From Mesotaenium endlicherianum (Eukaryota), in NCBI GenBank assembly GCA_009602735.1, contig WELA01003621.1, forward strand, positions 1-64,000: a DNA stretch of 64,000 nt. The letters are read 5' to 3'. The notes under the pieces are model-generated. The model saw nothing but the letters and a program-made list of their open reading frames with translations. It had not been told where the DNA came from and searched no databases. Shown piece after piece: positions 19,817-29,733 of the stretch. Both the position numbers and the translations under genes were made by a program. Each line of letters begins with the position of its first letter. Within the stretch, counting starts at the first letter, position 1.

Positions 19817-20254
19817 TTATTTCCTATTGCTAAATAAGCTAACCCTGCCAAACTCTGATACTTCCAGTATCCGCTTCAGGTTTCCGTTCTCGAGTGATAC
19901 ATAATAATTCGATTCGCCATTGAGATCCATTTTAACGGCCTCTTTTACCTGGTAATCGGGGTAATTCTTCTGGATCTTTTTAACAGCAGATGCGGGCAGT
20001 TTGTCGAAACTTACGTGGCGGCTCATACCGATCTGCTCTCCGTCGGATGAATAAAATGCTTCCATCTTTTCATTGTTCAATTCAAAGGCAAAAGAAATGA
20101 ATTGAGGATTGATGTGCCAGCTAACATTGGTTGCACCGGCGAATGTTGCTTCGAAAGCAGACTTAACACGATAATTCAGGTGTGTAATATCGGCAGCGAA
20201 TGCGCTGGTTCCGATTGATGCAGCAATCAATACTGCAAGGAATAATTTTTTCAT
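19817..20254 (-). CDS. Secreted PepSY-like / beta-lactamase-inhibitor-like protein
   Basis: Signal peptide AFA; VKSAFEATFAGATNVSW, AFYSSDGE, LPASAVKKIQKNYPDY repeat-type motifs. Confidence 0.75.
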   Translation of the reverse strand: MKKLFLAVLIAASIGTSAFAADITHLNYRVKSAFEATFAGATNVSWHINPQFISFAFELNNEKMEAFYSSDGEQIGMSRHVSFDKLPASAVKKIQKNYPDYQVKEAVKMDLNGESNYYVSLENGNLKRILEVSEFGRVSLFSNRK

Positions 20255-20545
20255 GGTGGTAGTTTTTTTATATAATGATTTGCTTTTCTCTCAATGGCAA
20301 GTCAAAAGTATCCTGCATTTTTCCCTTTTTTTTTCAATTATGACCGGTAACCGGCTTTCTGCTTTCGATTGTTATGAGCGGTGTTAATGCCAATGTTAAG
20401 GATCGTTAACAATAACCTGTAATCCAATACTGCAAAGCATTACAGCCGATCCAGCCAATTACCTGGAAATGTCGGTTCGCTGGATCAAATTGTAAACAGT
20501 GTGTTAACAGATGGGATGAACGGAAAGAACTAACTTCATATTCCT

Positions 20546-21142
20546 ATGAATTATCTCGCACATGCATACCTTTCTTTTCACCAGCCCGATATCCTGATTG
20601 GGAACATGATCAGTGATTTTGTAAAGGGTAAGCAGCAGTTCGATTATACTCCCGGCATCCAGCAAGGCATCCGCCTGCATAGGGCCATCGATGCTTTTAC
20701 CGATTCGCATTCAGCCACTTTAAAAGCCAAACAATATCTCAAGCCCGCAGCAGGGCGTTATGCCGGTGCTTTTATGGATATTGTATATGATCATTTTCTT
20801 GCATTGGATCCGGGAGAAATGCAGGAAAAAGACTGGAGTATGTTCGCGGGTGAAGTGTATGACCAGTTGTTCCTTTCCCGGCCGGTACTTCCCGAAAGTT
20901 TCGCCAGCATGCTTCCGTTTATGAGCCGCCAGAACTGGCTCTATAATTACCGGTTCGACTGGGGCATCAGCAGAAGTTTCAAGGGACTGGCATCAAGGGC
21001 CCGTTACCTGACGGCCGAGTCGGATGATGTTTTTGCATTATTTGAAACCCACTATCACAGCCTCGGAGAGGCTTATCAGCAATTCTTCCCCGATGTTAAA
21101 AACTTTGCTAAAGAAACCCTGGTTGCTCTCATGAAGCAATAG
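20546..21142 (+). CDS. acpH: Acyl carrier protein phosphodiesterase
   Basis: MNYLAHAYLS, GNMISDFVKG, GIRLHRAIDAFTDSH, DIVYDHFLA. Confidence 0.9.
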   Translation: MNYLAHAYLSFHQPDILIGNMISDFVKGKQQFDYTPGIQQGIRLHRAIDAFTDSHSATLKAKQYLKPAAGRYAGAFMDIVYDHFLALDPGEMQEKDWSMFAGEVYDQLFLSRPVLPESFASMLPFMSRQNWLYNYRFDWGISRSFKGLASRARYLTAESDDVFALFETHYHSLGEAYQQFFPDVKNFAKETLVALMKQ

Positions 21143-21169
21143 CCATTTATCTTTGCCAAAATTTTCTAC

Positions 21170-21778
21170 ATGAGATCGATTGTACTGGGCTGCCTGCTCA
21201 TCGTGTGTTCCTTTGCTTCCCAAGCACAACAGAAACCTACCGAACTGGACAAATCTCCTATGGATATGAGTTATTGGCCAGACAATTATCCTATCCTCAG
21301 GATGAGTGGTAAGGCCAAAGACCAGCCGGTAGCGCGACTGATCTATAGCCGCCCCCTGAAAAGCGGCCGCGACATCTTTGGCGGCATCATCAAATACAAT
21401 GAGTTATGGCGTTTGGGTGCCAATGAATCTACTGAGCTGGAACTGTTTAAGAATGTACGCATAGGGGGTAAATTGCTGCCCGCAGGAAGGTATACCATGT
21501 ATTGCATTCCCAGCGAAAACAAATGGACCATCATCATCAACCGCGACAATTATTGCTGGGGCAGCTTTACTTATGATAGCCGCAAAGATGTGCTGAGAAC
21601 CGATATTGAAGTGGGCCGCAACAACGAAGTCGTGGAAGCTTTCACCATGTATTTCGATGATGCCAGGAACGGCGCCAATCTCATTATTTTATGGGACAAT
21701 CTCAAAGCTGTAATGCCCATCACCCTCAATGGTGATAATCCGCAACCTTCCAAAAAGAACACACCAAAAAAGAACTAA
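21170..21778 (+). CDS. DUF2911 domain protein
   Basis: Signal peptide; YSRP..GR.IFG, WRLGANEST, AGRYTMY, WTIIIN..WG. Confidence 0.88.
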   Translation: MRSIVLGCLLIVCSFASQAQQKPTELDKSPMDMSYWPDNYPILRMSGKAKDQPVARLIYSRPLKSGRDIFGGIIKYNELWRLGANESTELELFKNVRIGGKLLPAGRYTMYCIPSENKWTIIINRDNYCWGSFTYDSRKDVLRTDIEVGRNNEVVEAFTMYFDDARNGANLIILWDNLKAVMPITLNGDNPQPSKKNTPKKN

Positions 21779-21787
21779 TTTAGTTTT

Positions 21788-22927
21788 ATGAAACTTGCAA
21801 CCAAATACATACATGCAGGCACTGAGCCTGACCCCTCCACAGGTGCCATCATGACACCCATTTACCAGACTTCTACTTATGTACAGGAAGCCCCTGGCGT
21901 AAACAAAGGATATGAATATGCCCGTAGTCAAAACCCTACCCGTAAAGCGCTGGAAGATGCTTACGCACAGATCGAGAACGGGAAGTATGGACTGGCATTC
22001 AGCAGCGGTGTGGCTGCCACCGATGCTGTGATCAAACTGCTGGCACCCGGCGACGAAGTGATCGCTGCCAACGACATGTATGGAGGCACTTATCGCTTGT
22101 TCACCAAAGTATTTGCCAAATTCGGCATCCGCTTCACTTATGTTGATACTACGGATGCTGCCAATATCAGCAAAGCCATTTCACCCGCCACCAAACTCAT
22201 CTGGATTGAAACGCCCACCAATCCGCTGATGAACATTACAGATATTGCGGCTGTTGCGGCCATTGCTAAAAAAGCAAATGTGCTGCTTTGCGTAGACAAC
22301 ACGTTCGCATCGCCTTACTTACAGAATCCGTTAGACCTGGGTGCAGACATCGTTATGCATTCTGCCACCAAATACCTGGGCGGACACAGCGATGTGATAC
22401 AGGGCTGCCTGGTGATGAATGATGCCAACCTGAGAGAACAATTGTATTTCATACAGAAAAGCTGCGGCGCCGTTCCGGGTCCGCAAGACTGTTTCCTCGT
22501 ATTAAGAGGCATCAAAACCCTGCACGTACGCATGCAGCGTCATTGCGAGAACGGCGAGAAGATAGCGCATTTCTTACGCAATCACCCCAAAGTAGGCAAG
22601 GTATACTGGTGCGGTTTCACCGATCATCCGGGTTATGCTGTTGCCGGCAAACAAATGCGTGGCTTCGGTGGTATGATGAGTTTCGAATTGAAAGATGACA
22701 GCGCGGAAACAGCAAGAAAAGTATTGGCCGGCACCAAAGTATTTGCACTCGCCGAAAGCCTTGGAGGTGTTGAATCACTGATCAATCACCCCGCATCCAT
22801 GACCCACGCTTCTATTCCGCGGGAAGAACGTATTAAAAACGGTCTCAGCGACAGCCTTATCCGCCTGAGTGTGGGTATAGAAGATGTGGACGATCTCATA
22901 GCCGATCTCAACCAGGCCATCGGGTAA
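21788..22927 (+). CDS. metB: Cystathionine gamma-synthase/lyase (PLP)
   Basis: PIYQTSTY, YEYARSQNPTR, ETPTNP, VDNTFASP, HSATKYLGGHSD, AESLGGVESL. Confidence 0.9.
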   Translation: MKLATKYIHAGTEPDPSTGAIMTPIYQTSTYVQEAPGVNKGYEYARSQNPTRKALEDAYAQIENGKYGLAFSSGVAATDAVIKLLAPGDEVIAANDMYGGTYRLFTKVFAKFGIRFTYVDTTDAANISKAISPATKLIWIETPTNPLMNITDIAAVAAIAKKANVLLCVDNTFASPYLQNPLDLGADIVMHSATKYLGGHSDVIQGCLVMNDANLREQLYFIQKSCGAVPGPQDCFLVLRGIKTLHVRMQRHCENGEKIAHFLRNHPKVGKVYWCGFTDHPGYAVAGKQMRGFGGMMSFELKDDSAETARKVLAGTKVFALAESLGGVESLINHPASMTHASIPREERIKNGLSDSLIRLSVGIEDVDDLIADLNQAIG

Positions 22928-22937
22928 ACTGCCGGTT

Positions 22938-23714
22938 ATGAAGCCTGCTTCATTAAAAGCTTTCTTTGATGAAAAAGCGGATCTGTACAACAGGCCCGCT
23001 TTCATCAAAGATGATCCCATCTGCGTTCCCCACGACTTTTCTAAAAAGCAGGATATAGAAATTGCCGGGTTCTTCGCTTCCATATTCGCCTGGGGTAACA
23101 GAACCACCATCATCGGCAAATCAAGGGAATTGATGCAGTTGATGGATCGCAGGCCACATGAATTTTGTCTTCATCATAGCGATGCTGAACTGAAAAAATT
23201 GCTGGGCTTTAAGCACCGGACTTTCAACAGCACCGACCTGCTTTATTTCATCGCATTTCTGCAATTCCATTACAGCCGTTACGATTCTCTGGAAGATGCT
23301 TTTTTGATGGGTCCTGATCAGGGAGCTTCTTCCACTGTAGAAAACAACCTGATCCACTTTCACGAATATTTTTTTTCGCTGGAGCATGTGCCTCTCCGTA
23401 CTAAAAAACACATTGCCACTCCTTATAAAGGCTCTACCTGTAAACGGCTCAATATGTTTTTGCGATGGATGGTTCGCAGTGATACCAAAGGCGTTGATTT
23501 TGGTCTCTGGAAAAAGATCAGGCCGGCGCAACTGGTTTGCCCTATCGATCTTCATGTGGCCCGGGTTGCCAAACGTTTCCATATCCTGGAAAGAAAACAA
23601 ATCGATTGGCAGGCGGCGATGGAATTGACTGCCTACCTGCATACATTGGACCCACAGGATCCTGTGAAATATGATTTCGCTTTATTCGGATTGGGTGTTA
23701 TTGAAAAGTATTAA
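22938..23714 (+). CDS. TIGR02757 family protein (DUF2400)
   Basis: FIKDDPI..PH, AWGNR, CKRLNMFLRWMVR, GVDFGLW, DPVKYDFALFGLG. Confidence 0.9.
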   Translation: MKPASLKAFFDEKADLYNRPAFIKDDPICVPHDFSKKQDIEIAGFFASIFAWGNRTTIIGKSRELMQLMDRRPHEFCLHHSDAELKKLLGFKHRTFNSTDLLYFIAFLQFHYSRYDSLEDAFLMGPDQGASSTVENNLIHFHEYFFSLEHVPLRTKKHIATPYKGSTCKRLNMFLRWMVRSDTKGVDFGLWKKIRPAQLVCPIDLHVARVAKRFHILERKQIDWQAAMELTAYLHTLDPQDPVKYDFALFGLGVIEKY

Positions 23715-23769
23715 TCATAGGATAACTTGCAGCAAAAGCTGCAGCATCATATTTCTGCTAAATTGCAAC

Positions 23770-26472
23770 ATGAAAAAGTATTTACTGTCTCTTCTTCTCG
23801 TTTCTTCATTCCTGTTAACACAGGCACAAGTTGTAAACACTTTACAGGTACCGGGCCGGAATGCCTTTTGTACAATCGCCGAAAAAGGAGTGTCTGTACT
23901 GCCAAGCGGCAGGCAGGTAACACCGGCCGGCGAGCTGATCCGCATTACGCACGACCCTTTTGGCATGGCCTTATCTCCCGACGGGAAAAAAGCAGTAACA
24001 CTGCACAATGGCGTATTTACCATCATAGACCTGCGCTCCCTGGATGCTACCAGGGTACCCAGTTACGATAAAAAAATCGTCTCCCCTTTATCCAATGGTT
24101 CTTTCCTGGGCGTTGCTTTTGCCAACGACTCCAAAACCGTGTACCTCAGCGGAGGTGATAATGGCGCTGTGATCATATATGATATAGAAAAGTTGCAGCG
24201 TATCGACTCTCTTTCATTGAACGGAATGGTCAATGGGATTGATTTTGAAGACAGCTTTACTTCAGACCTGGTATTGAATGAACAGGATCATGAGCTCCTG
24301 GTGCTGGACAGGGCAAATTTTCGTCTTGTGCGATATGACCTGGCTGGTAAAAAGATCACCGCTTCCATTCCCGCCGGCCGTTTACCATTCGGGTTGGCAT
24401 TAACGCCAGGCAATAAAATGGCCATGGTAGCCAATGTGGGTATGTACGCCTATCCGTTGATCGAGGGGGTTGATAAAACGAATTACGAGCGTACGATGAT
24501 CCCCTGGCATCCGTATGCCGATAACAGCGCAGCATCCATCGAAGGCACAACGATCAATGGCGAGAAAATACCTGGTGTGGGAAGTCCTTCTGCACCTGAA
24601 GCCATGAGTGTTTATACCATTGATCTTGCCAGCAACCAGGTGATAGACCGGTTTAAAACCGGCCACCAGATTGGCCAGATGGTAGAAGGAGCTGAAGTAG
24701 TAGGTGGCGCCAGTCCCAACTCCATTGCTGTAGGCAGCCGCTATGCTTATGTAACCAATGCAACCAACGACAACATTTCCGTCATCGATTATGCGAATCA
24801 CAAGATCGTGGATCATATCCCCATCAAAGTAGATAACCGCATTGATCATTACCGTGGGTTGCTGCCCTTTGGCCTTACATTGAGTCGTGATGAAAAAACA
24901 TTGTATGTAGTGCTCCTTGGCTTTAATGCAGTAGCGGTGATCGATGTTGCCAGCGGTCAAACAAAAGGACTTATTCCAACCGGCTGGGGACCAACACGGG
25001 TGCTGTTATCGAAAGATGAACAGGAAATCTATGTGATCAGCTGCCGTGGCCTGGGGGCAGGTCCCAATGGCGGCAAGGGTTTTATTAAACCCGTACAGGG
25101 AACTTATATTGGTGATATACAACTGGCTACTTTCCAGAAAATACGCATGCCCGATACCAAGCAGTTGGCTGCATATAGCAAACAGGCCATCGACAATACC
25201 ATGCAAACCGTTGCTGTTACCGATGATGTTAAAAATCCTTTGCCTCCTTTGCCCGCACTCCGTGAGAGCCCGATAAAATACATCGTTTACATTACCAAAG
25301 AAAACAGGTCTTACGATGAAGTATTCGGACAACTGAAAAGCGGTAAAGGAGATACCACGCTGGCAAGATTTGGTGTAGATGTGAATGTGTATGGAAAGAA
25401 TGATACGCTGAAAGTGGCGAAGGCCAGGGTAATGCCCAATCATGCCAAAGCCGCCACTGAATTTGCTTTCAGCGACAATTATTATTGCGACAGCGATGCT
25501 TCTATCCACGGCCATCACTGGATGATGGGCGTAATACCCAATGAGTGGGTTGAAACCAATTCAAGTGTTAACAAAACAGCGAAGATTTTTTCAAAAGCGC
25601 CCGGGCGCCGGTTCCCAGGCTCTACCGGCAGTATGGATCCGGAAGATTATGCCGAGACGGGTGGTTTATGGGAAGCATTGGAACGGCATCATATTTCATT
25701 CTACAACTTTGGCGAAGCCAATGAAACAGCGCATGTAAGGGAAGAATGGTATGATACGCTTACCGGCGCCGCACATGGTGTGATGGTACCCATGCAAAAA
25801 GCACTGTGGAGCAGGACCAGTCATAATTACGCAGGTTTCAACACCAATATCCCCGATCAGTTCCGCATGGAGCAGTTCGAGAGTGAGTTCACCAAAAAAT
25901 GGCTGAAAGGAAAAGAAAAAATGCCGCAACTCATCACCATGCAGGTCCCCAACGATCATGGCGCCGGACCAAGACCGCAGGATGGTTATCCTTATGTGCA
26001 TTCATACATGGCAGATAACGACCTGGCAGTAGGACGTATCCTGCATTTCCTCTCACGCACGCCTTACTGGAAAAACATGTTGGTGATCATCACCGAAGAC
26101 GATCCCCAGGGAGGTGTTGATCATATCGATGCGCACCGCAGTGTGCTGATGATGGCCGGTCCTTATGTGAAAAGAGGTTACACTTCACATACGCATGCGA
26201 ACTTCGGATCGATCCTCAAAACCATCTACAATATCCTGGGTGTTTCTTATGTAAACCAGTACGATGCTACCGCTTCATTGCTCAGCGATTTCTTTACAAC
26301 AAAACCCAATTATACCCCTTATACTTTTGTGATGCCGGATAAAAGGATATTCGATCCACAGCAAGCCATGAACCGTTATCATAAAGACATCAACTGGCGA
26401 AAAATTGAACGTGGACCCGATATGGATGATGAAGACGAGATGCGCGTCAATCATTATAAGAAACAGCATTAA
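23770..26472 (+). CDS. Secreted YncE-like beta-propeller / alkaline-phosphatase-superfamily phosphoesterase fusion
   Basis: Signal peptide from ATG 23770; YVTN and GW.P propeller repeats; KENRSYDEVFG, PNDH, EDDPQGGVDHIDAHRS. Confidence 0.88.
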   Translation: MKKYLLSLLLVSSFLLTQAQVVNTLQVPGRNAFCTIAEKGVSVLPSGRQVTPAGELIRITHDPFGMALSPDGKKAVTLHNGVFTIIDLRSLDATRVPSYDKKIVSPLSNGSFLGVAFANDSKTVYLSGGDNGAVIIYDIEKLQRIDSLSLNGMVNGIDFEDSFTSDLVLNEQDHELLVLDRANFRLVRYDLAGKKITASIPAGRLPFGLALTPGNKMAMVANVGMYAYPLIEGVDKTNYERTMIPWHPYADNSAASIEGTTINGEKIPGVGSPSAPEAMSVYTIDLASNQVIDRFKTGHQIGQMVEGAEVVGGASPNSIAVGSRYAYVTNATNDNISVIDYANHKIVDHIPIKVDNRIDHYRGLLPFGLTLSRDEKTLYVVLLGFNAVAVIDVASGQTKGLIPTGWGPTRVLLSKDEQEIYVISCRGLGAGPNGGKGFIKPVQGTYIGDIQLATFQKIRMPDTKQLAAYSKQAIDNTMQTVAVTDDVKNPLPPLPALRESPIKYIVYITKENRSYDEVFGQLKSGKGDTTLARFGVDVNVYGKNDTLKVAKARVMPNHAKAATEFAFSDNYYCDSDASIHGHHWMMGVIPNEWVETNSSVNKTAKIFSKAPGRRFPGSTGSMDPEDYAETGGLWEALERHHISFYNFGEANETAHVREEWYDTLTGAAHGVMVPMQKALWSRTSHNYAGFNTNIPDQFRMEQFESEFTKKWLKGKEKMPQLITMQVPNDHGAGPRPQDGYPYVHSYMADNDLAVGRILHFLSRTPYWKNMLVIITEDDPQGGVDHIDAHRSVLMMAGPYVKRGYTSHTHANFGSILKTIYNILGVSYVNQYDATASLLSDFFTTKPNYTPYTFVMPDKRIFDPQQAMNRYHKDINWRKIERGPDMDDEDEMRVNHYKKQH

Positions 26473-26488
26473 TGTCTATCTTTGGGTT

Positions 26489-26770
26489 ATGTCCGCCACC
26501 TATGAAATACTGGAATGGGAACAGATGGATGTTGCAGCGCTGGCAGCCCGCATCAACCGATTGATCACTGATGATTTTTCCGGTTTGATCAACCTGCTCT
26601 ACCGCCTGGATATCAGTGAGGCAAAACTGAAAAAATTATTATCCGAACACCCGCAAGAAGATGCCGGCAAGATCATTGCTGAACTCATTGTTGAACGGCA
26701 GCAGCAGAAATTACAGGCCCGTCAGCAATTTCATCGTGAAGACAATATACCGGAAGATGAAAAATGGTGA
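26489..26770 (+). CDS. Conserved hypothetical protein
   Basis: INRLITDDFSGLINLLYRLDISE..IAELIVERQQQK motif; TATCTTTG promoter element immediately upstream. Confidence 0.75.
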   Translation: MSATYEILEWEQMDVAALAARINRLITDDFSGLINLLYRLDISEAKLKKLLSEHPQEDAGKIIAELIVERQQQKLQARQQFHREDNIPEDEKW

Positions 26771-28650
26771 TCGATCCGTTTAAAGCTATATCCTTCCTTC
26801 TTTAAATAATTGATCAGTTCATTCAACCGGTTATAGAATTTGTCTGTTCTTCGCGGGTCTGTTCCTGCGCATCTTTCTTTATCATCTTTCAATGTATCTG
26901 ATTCTTTAGCCGCCAGTAAATAGATCAATGAGGCCGTTCCATCCATGGTAGGTTCATTTGTACTATAGTCGCCATAGTCATCATGGTAAACAGCCAGGTC
27001 GCTTTGAAAAGTTTCATATTCATCGGCATTATTCAAATGAATACCAATCAGGCTTTTGTAAATGCTGGTATATACCGGACCATCTACCAGTCCGCCATCG
27101 ATCAGGTAATTTTTCAGGTGTGTGAATGCGGAATGCGGATCTTCCGGCGTATCTCCCCAGGCAGGCAATCCGTATACCATACTGGTGCCCCAGGGGTTAC
27201 AGCCGAATAACCAGTCGAGGTTAGCCTGTTCCAGTTCATCATAAGTATCATCATTCGTGAGTTGACGGTACCAATAGCATTGTGTTGTGAATGCAACGGT
27301 GAGGTTATTGCTGCACCAGATAAAAGGTATGGCCCTGAAAAAAGCATTGGTGTTGGCTTTCAGCCAGACTTTCTCTATCCCTTTTCGGTAATCATCGATC
27401 AGTATTTCACGATTTTTTCCATTCAATTGTTTGGCCAGCTCATAATGACCAACATTCACAAAAGGATACCATTGGTAGTGGTTTGCAGAGTCGGCGCCGA
27501 GCCAGGGTGTAACAGGTTCTTCGCGTGCATACCGCAAGGCGGAATCTGTCATTTGTAAGGCTGCGGCAGCGAGTTCCATATCATCCGTCCAATTACCTTC
27601 TGCATAGATATAAGGTGAACGTACCGATGCGGTCTGGCAAACGCCGGGCTGTTTTTGTCCGGCTTCGAACGCTTTTTTCGCTTTATACAAGAGTCGTTCT
27701 GAGAAAGCCCGGTCACTGCCTGCATATAATTGCGAAGCCAATGCAAAACTGCTGGCAAATTTTCCGGCAGTGGAAGCAATGCCTGTTGTGGCATTCATGA
27801 ATTTACCCCGCACTTGTGGCTTGCCCGAACAGAAATAAACCGGGCGCTCTAACCCGCGGCCGTAGTAATTGGTATCTTCTTTGGGAATGCGCATGCCCTT
27901 GTGGTCGCGGTCGTCTCCCAATTGATTGAACAACCATCCATCTTTCGGATTCATTTTCAGCAACCAGTCGATCCCCCATCTTGCTTCATCCAGCACATCG
28001 GCTACTCCATTGGCGCCTTCCAGCCCGTTTGCCTGTTTGGTATCACCAAATACCTGTGGAAAATCGCGGTAAGCGGCGAGCAGGTGATAGGCTGCGTTGG
28101 CCGAAGTAGTGGTGTATTGCAGGTAATCACTTGCATCGTGCCATCCTCCTGTTACATCGATATGTGTACTATCGGGTATAGGGCCATACAATGTGTAGCC
28201 GTCGTGCGTGTGGCAGCTGTCTTTCAAAAACGGGTTGAAACCGCTGCGTTGCTGGCGCATATAGCGCAGGCAAAAATCAGCGGCGCCTTTGTATACATTT
28301 TTATCAATGGGAAACACCGGTGATATGGCATCACCTGCTTTAATGAAATACTTGCCAGTTTTGCTGAAACCGGTAAAGTCTATGCGTACGGTTTGTGTAA
28401 AAGGTCCATACGCACCATAAGCCGCGGAAAGTTTACAATAGTAAACAATCTCATGGGTACTGCTGTCTATCAGCACAGCCGTTTCGGGTAGCCGGTTTGT
28501 TTTAGCGCACCATACCGCCACTTTGATCCCATTGGGTGTATAACCGAGTTGGTTGATCCTGATCCATGATTCAGCCGGTTCATTTTCCTTGAAAGCAACA
28601 GCACCTAACAGCAGCAGCACTATGCAAAAGATATTTTTCATATAAAGCAT
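26731..28650 (-). CDS. Glycoside hydrolase family 9 (Ig-like + catalytic) with vestigial C-terminal deacetylase tail
   Basis: IRINQLGY, DVTGGWHDASD, DWLFGCNPWG, GGLVDGP, YHDDYGDYSTNEPTMDG. Confidence 0.9.
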   Translation of the reverse strand: MLYMKNIFCIVLLLLGAVAFKENEPAESWIRINQLGYTPNGIKVAVWCAKTNRLPETAVLIDSSTHEIVYYCKLSAAYGAYGPFTQTVRIDFTGFSKTGKYFIKAGDAISPVFPIDKNVYKGAADFCLRYMRQQRSGFNPFLKDSCHTHDGYTLYGPIPDSTHIDVTGGWHDASDYLQYTTTSANAAYHLLAAYRDFPQVFGDTKQANGLEGANGVADVLDEARWGIDWLLKMNPKDGWLFNQLGDDRDHKGMRIPKEDTNYYGRGLERPVYFCSGKPQVRGKFMNATTGIASTAGKFASSFALASQLYAGSDRAFSERLLYKAKKAFEAGQKQPGVCQTASVRSPYIYAEGNWTDDMELAAAALQMTDSALRYAREEPVTPWLGADSANHYQWYPFVNVGHYELAKQLNGKNREILIDDYRKGIEKVWLKANTNAFFRAIPFIWCSNNLTVAFTTQCYWYRQLTNDDTYDELEQANLDWLFGCNPWGTSMVYGLPAWGDTPEDPHSAFTHLKNYLIDGGLVDGPVYTSIYKSLIGIHLNNADEYETFQSDLAVYHDDYGDYSTNEPTMDGTASLIYLLAAKESDTLKDDKERCAGTDPRRTDKFYNRLNELINYLKKEGYSFKRIDHHFSSSGILSSR

Positions 28651-28728
28651 GTCGTCTTAAAGATACTGTTGCAGGAACAAGAACCGCCTGTTTTTTTACA
28701 TTATTTTCGCCAGATCAATTGCGTTTCC

Positions 28729-29733
28729 ATGAAGCTTGTTTCTTATCTCAACGACGGACACGACCAACTGGCTTTCTTAGCAGATGGTTATTTATACGAT
28801 TGCGACCTGGTTCATCCCGAACTGCCCAACAGCATGAACATGTTCCTGCATTATTGGGATGATATGTTCCCGGTTGCCATGCAGGTAAATAAAGCCATTC
28901 TCGATGGCAGGGTGGGCAAAGACAAAGCCATAGCGCTCGATTCTATCCAGTTGCTGGCGCCGGTACCTTTTCCCACATCATGCAGGGATGGTTATGCATT
29001 TCGCCAGCACGTGGCCGCCGCGCGCAGGAACCGCAAAGTGGATATGGTTCCCGAGTTCGATCAATACCCCATTTTTTATTTTACCAATCATCATAGCATC
29101 CAGGGACCGGGCGATATTCTGTGCATGCCCGATCATTTTGAAAAACTGGATTTTGAACTGGAAGCGGCGATCGTTATTTGCAGGCAGGGAAGAAATATCA
29201 CCGCCGAAAAAGCCGATCATTATATAGGTGGTCTCATGATCATGAATGATATGAGTGCAAGAAGGTTGCAGATGGAAGAAATGCTGCTCAACCTGGGGCC
29301 TGCAAAAGGAAAAGATTTTTCTACCGTTATTGGTCCCTGCTTAGTAACATTGGATGAACTGGAACATTATGAAATACCCGCCAAGCAAGGGCATATCGGT
29401 AAGAGTTGGAACCTCTCTATGAAATGTTGGGTCAATGGTGTTCAGGTGAGCGATGGCAATGTGGGCGATATGGACTGGACCTTCGCCGAAATTATTGAGC
29501 GATGCGCTTATGGTGTTACCCTGCATCCGGGTGATGTGATTGGAAGCGGCACAGTGGGAACCGGTTGTTTTCTCGAACTCAACGGCACCGGCAAACTGAA
29601 CAATCCCGATTACCCCGAACAATGGCTGCAGCCAGGCGATGTGGTGGAAATGGAGATTGAAGGTATTGGTAAGCTTACGAATACGATTGTGAAAGAGGAG
29701 AGCGATCACTCCATACTTGCGAAGAAGAAGTAG
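28729..29733 (+). CDS. Fumarylacetoacetate hydrolase family protein
   Basis: RDGYAFRQH, FYFTN, LDFELE, NDMSARRLQ, KGKDF, GDVIGSGT; ATG at 28729. Confidence 0.92.
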   Translation: MKLVSYLNDGHDQLAFLADGYLYDCDLVHPELPNSMNMFLHYWDDMFPVAMQVNKAILDGRVGKDKAIALDSIQLLAPVPFPTSCRDGYAFRQHVAAARRNRKVDMVPEFDQYPIFYFTNHHSIQGPGDILCMPDHFEKLDFELEAAIVICRQGRNITAEKADHYIGGLMIMNDMSARRLQMEEMLLNLGPAKGKDFSTVIGPCLVTLDELEHYEIPAKQGHIGKSWNLSMKCWVNGVQVSDGNVGDMDWTFAEIIERCAYGVTLHPGDVIGSGTVGTGCFLELNGTGKLNNPDYPEQWLQPGDVVEMEIEGIGKLTNTIVKEESDHSILAKKK

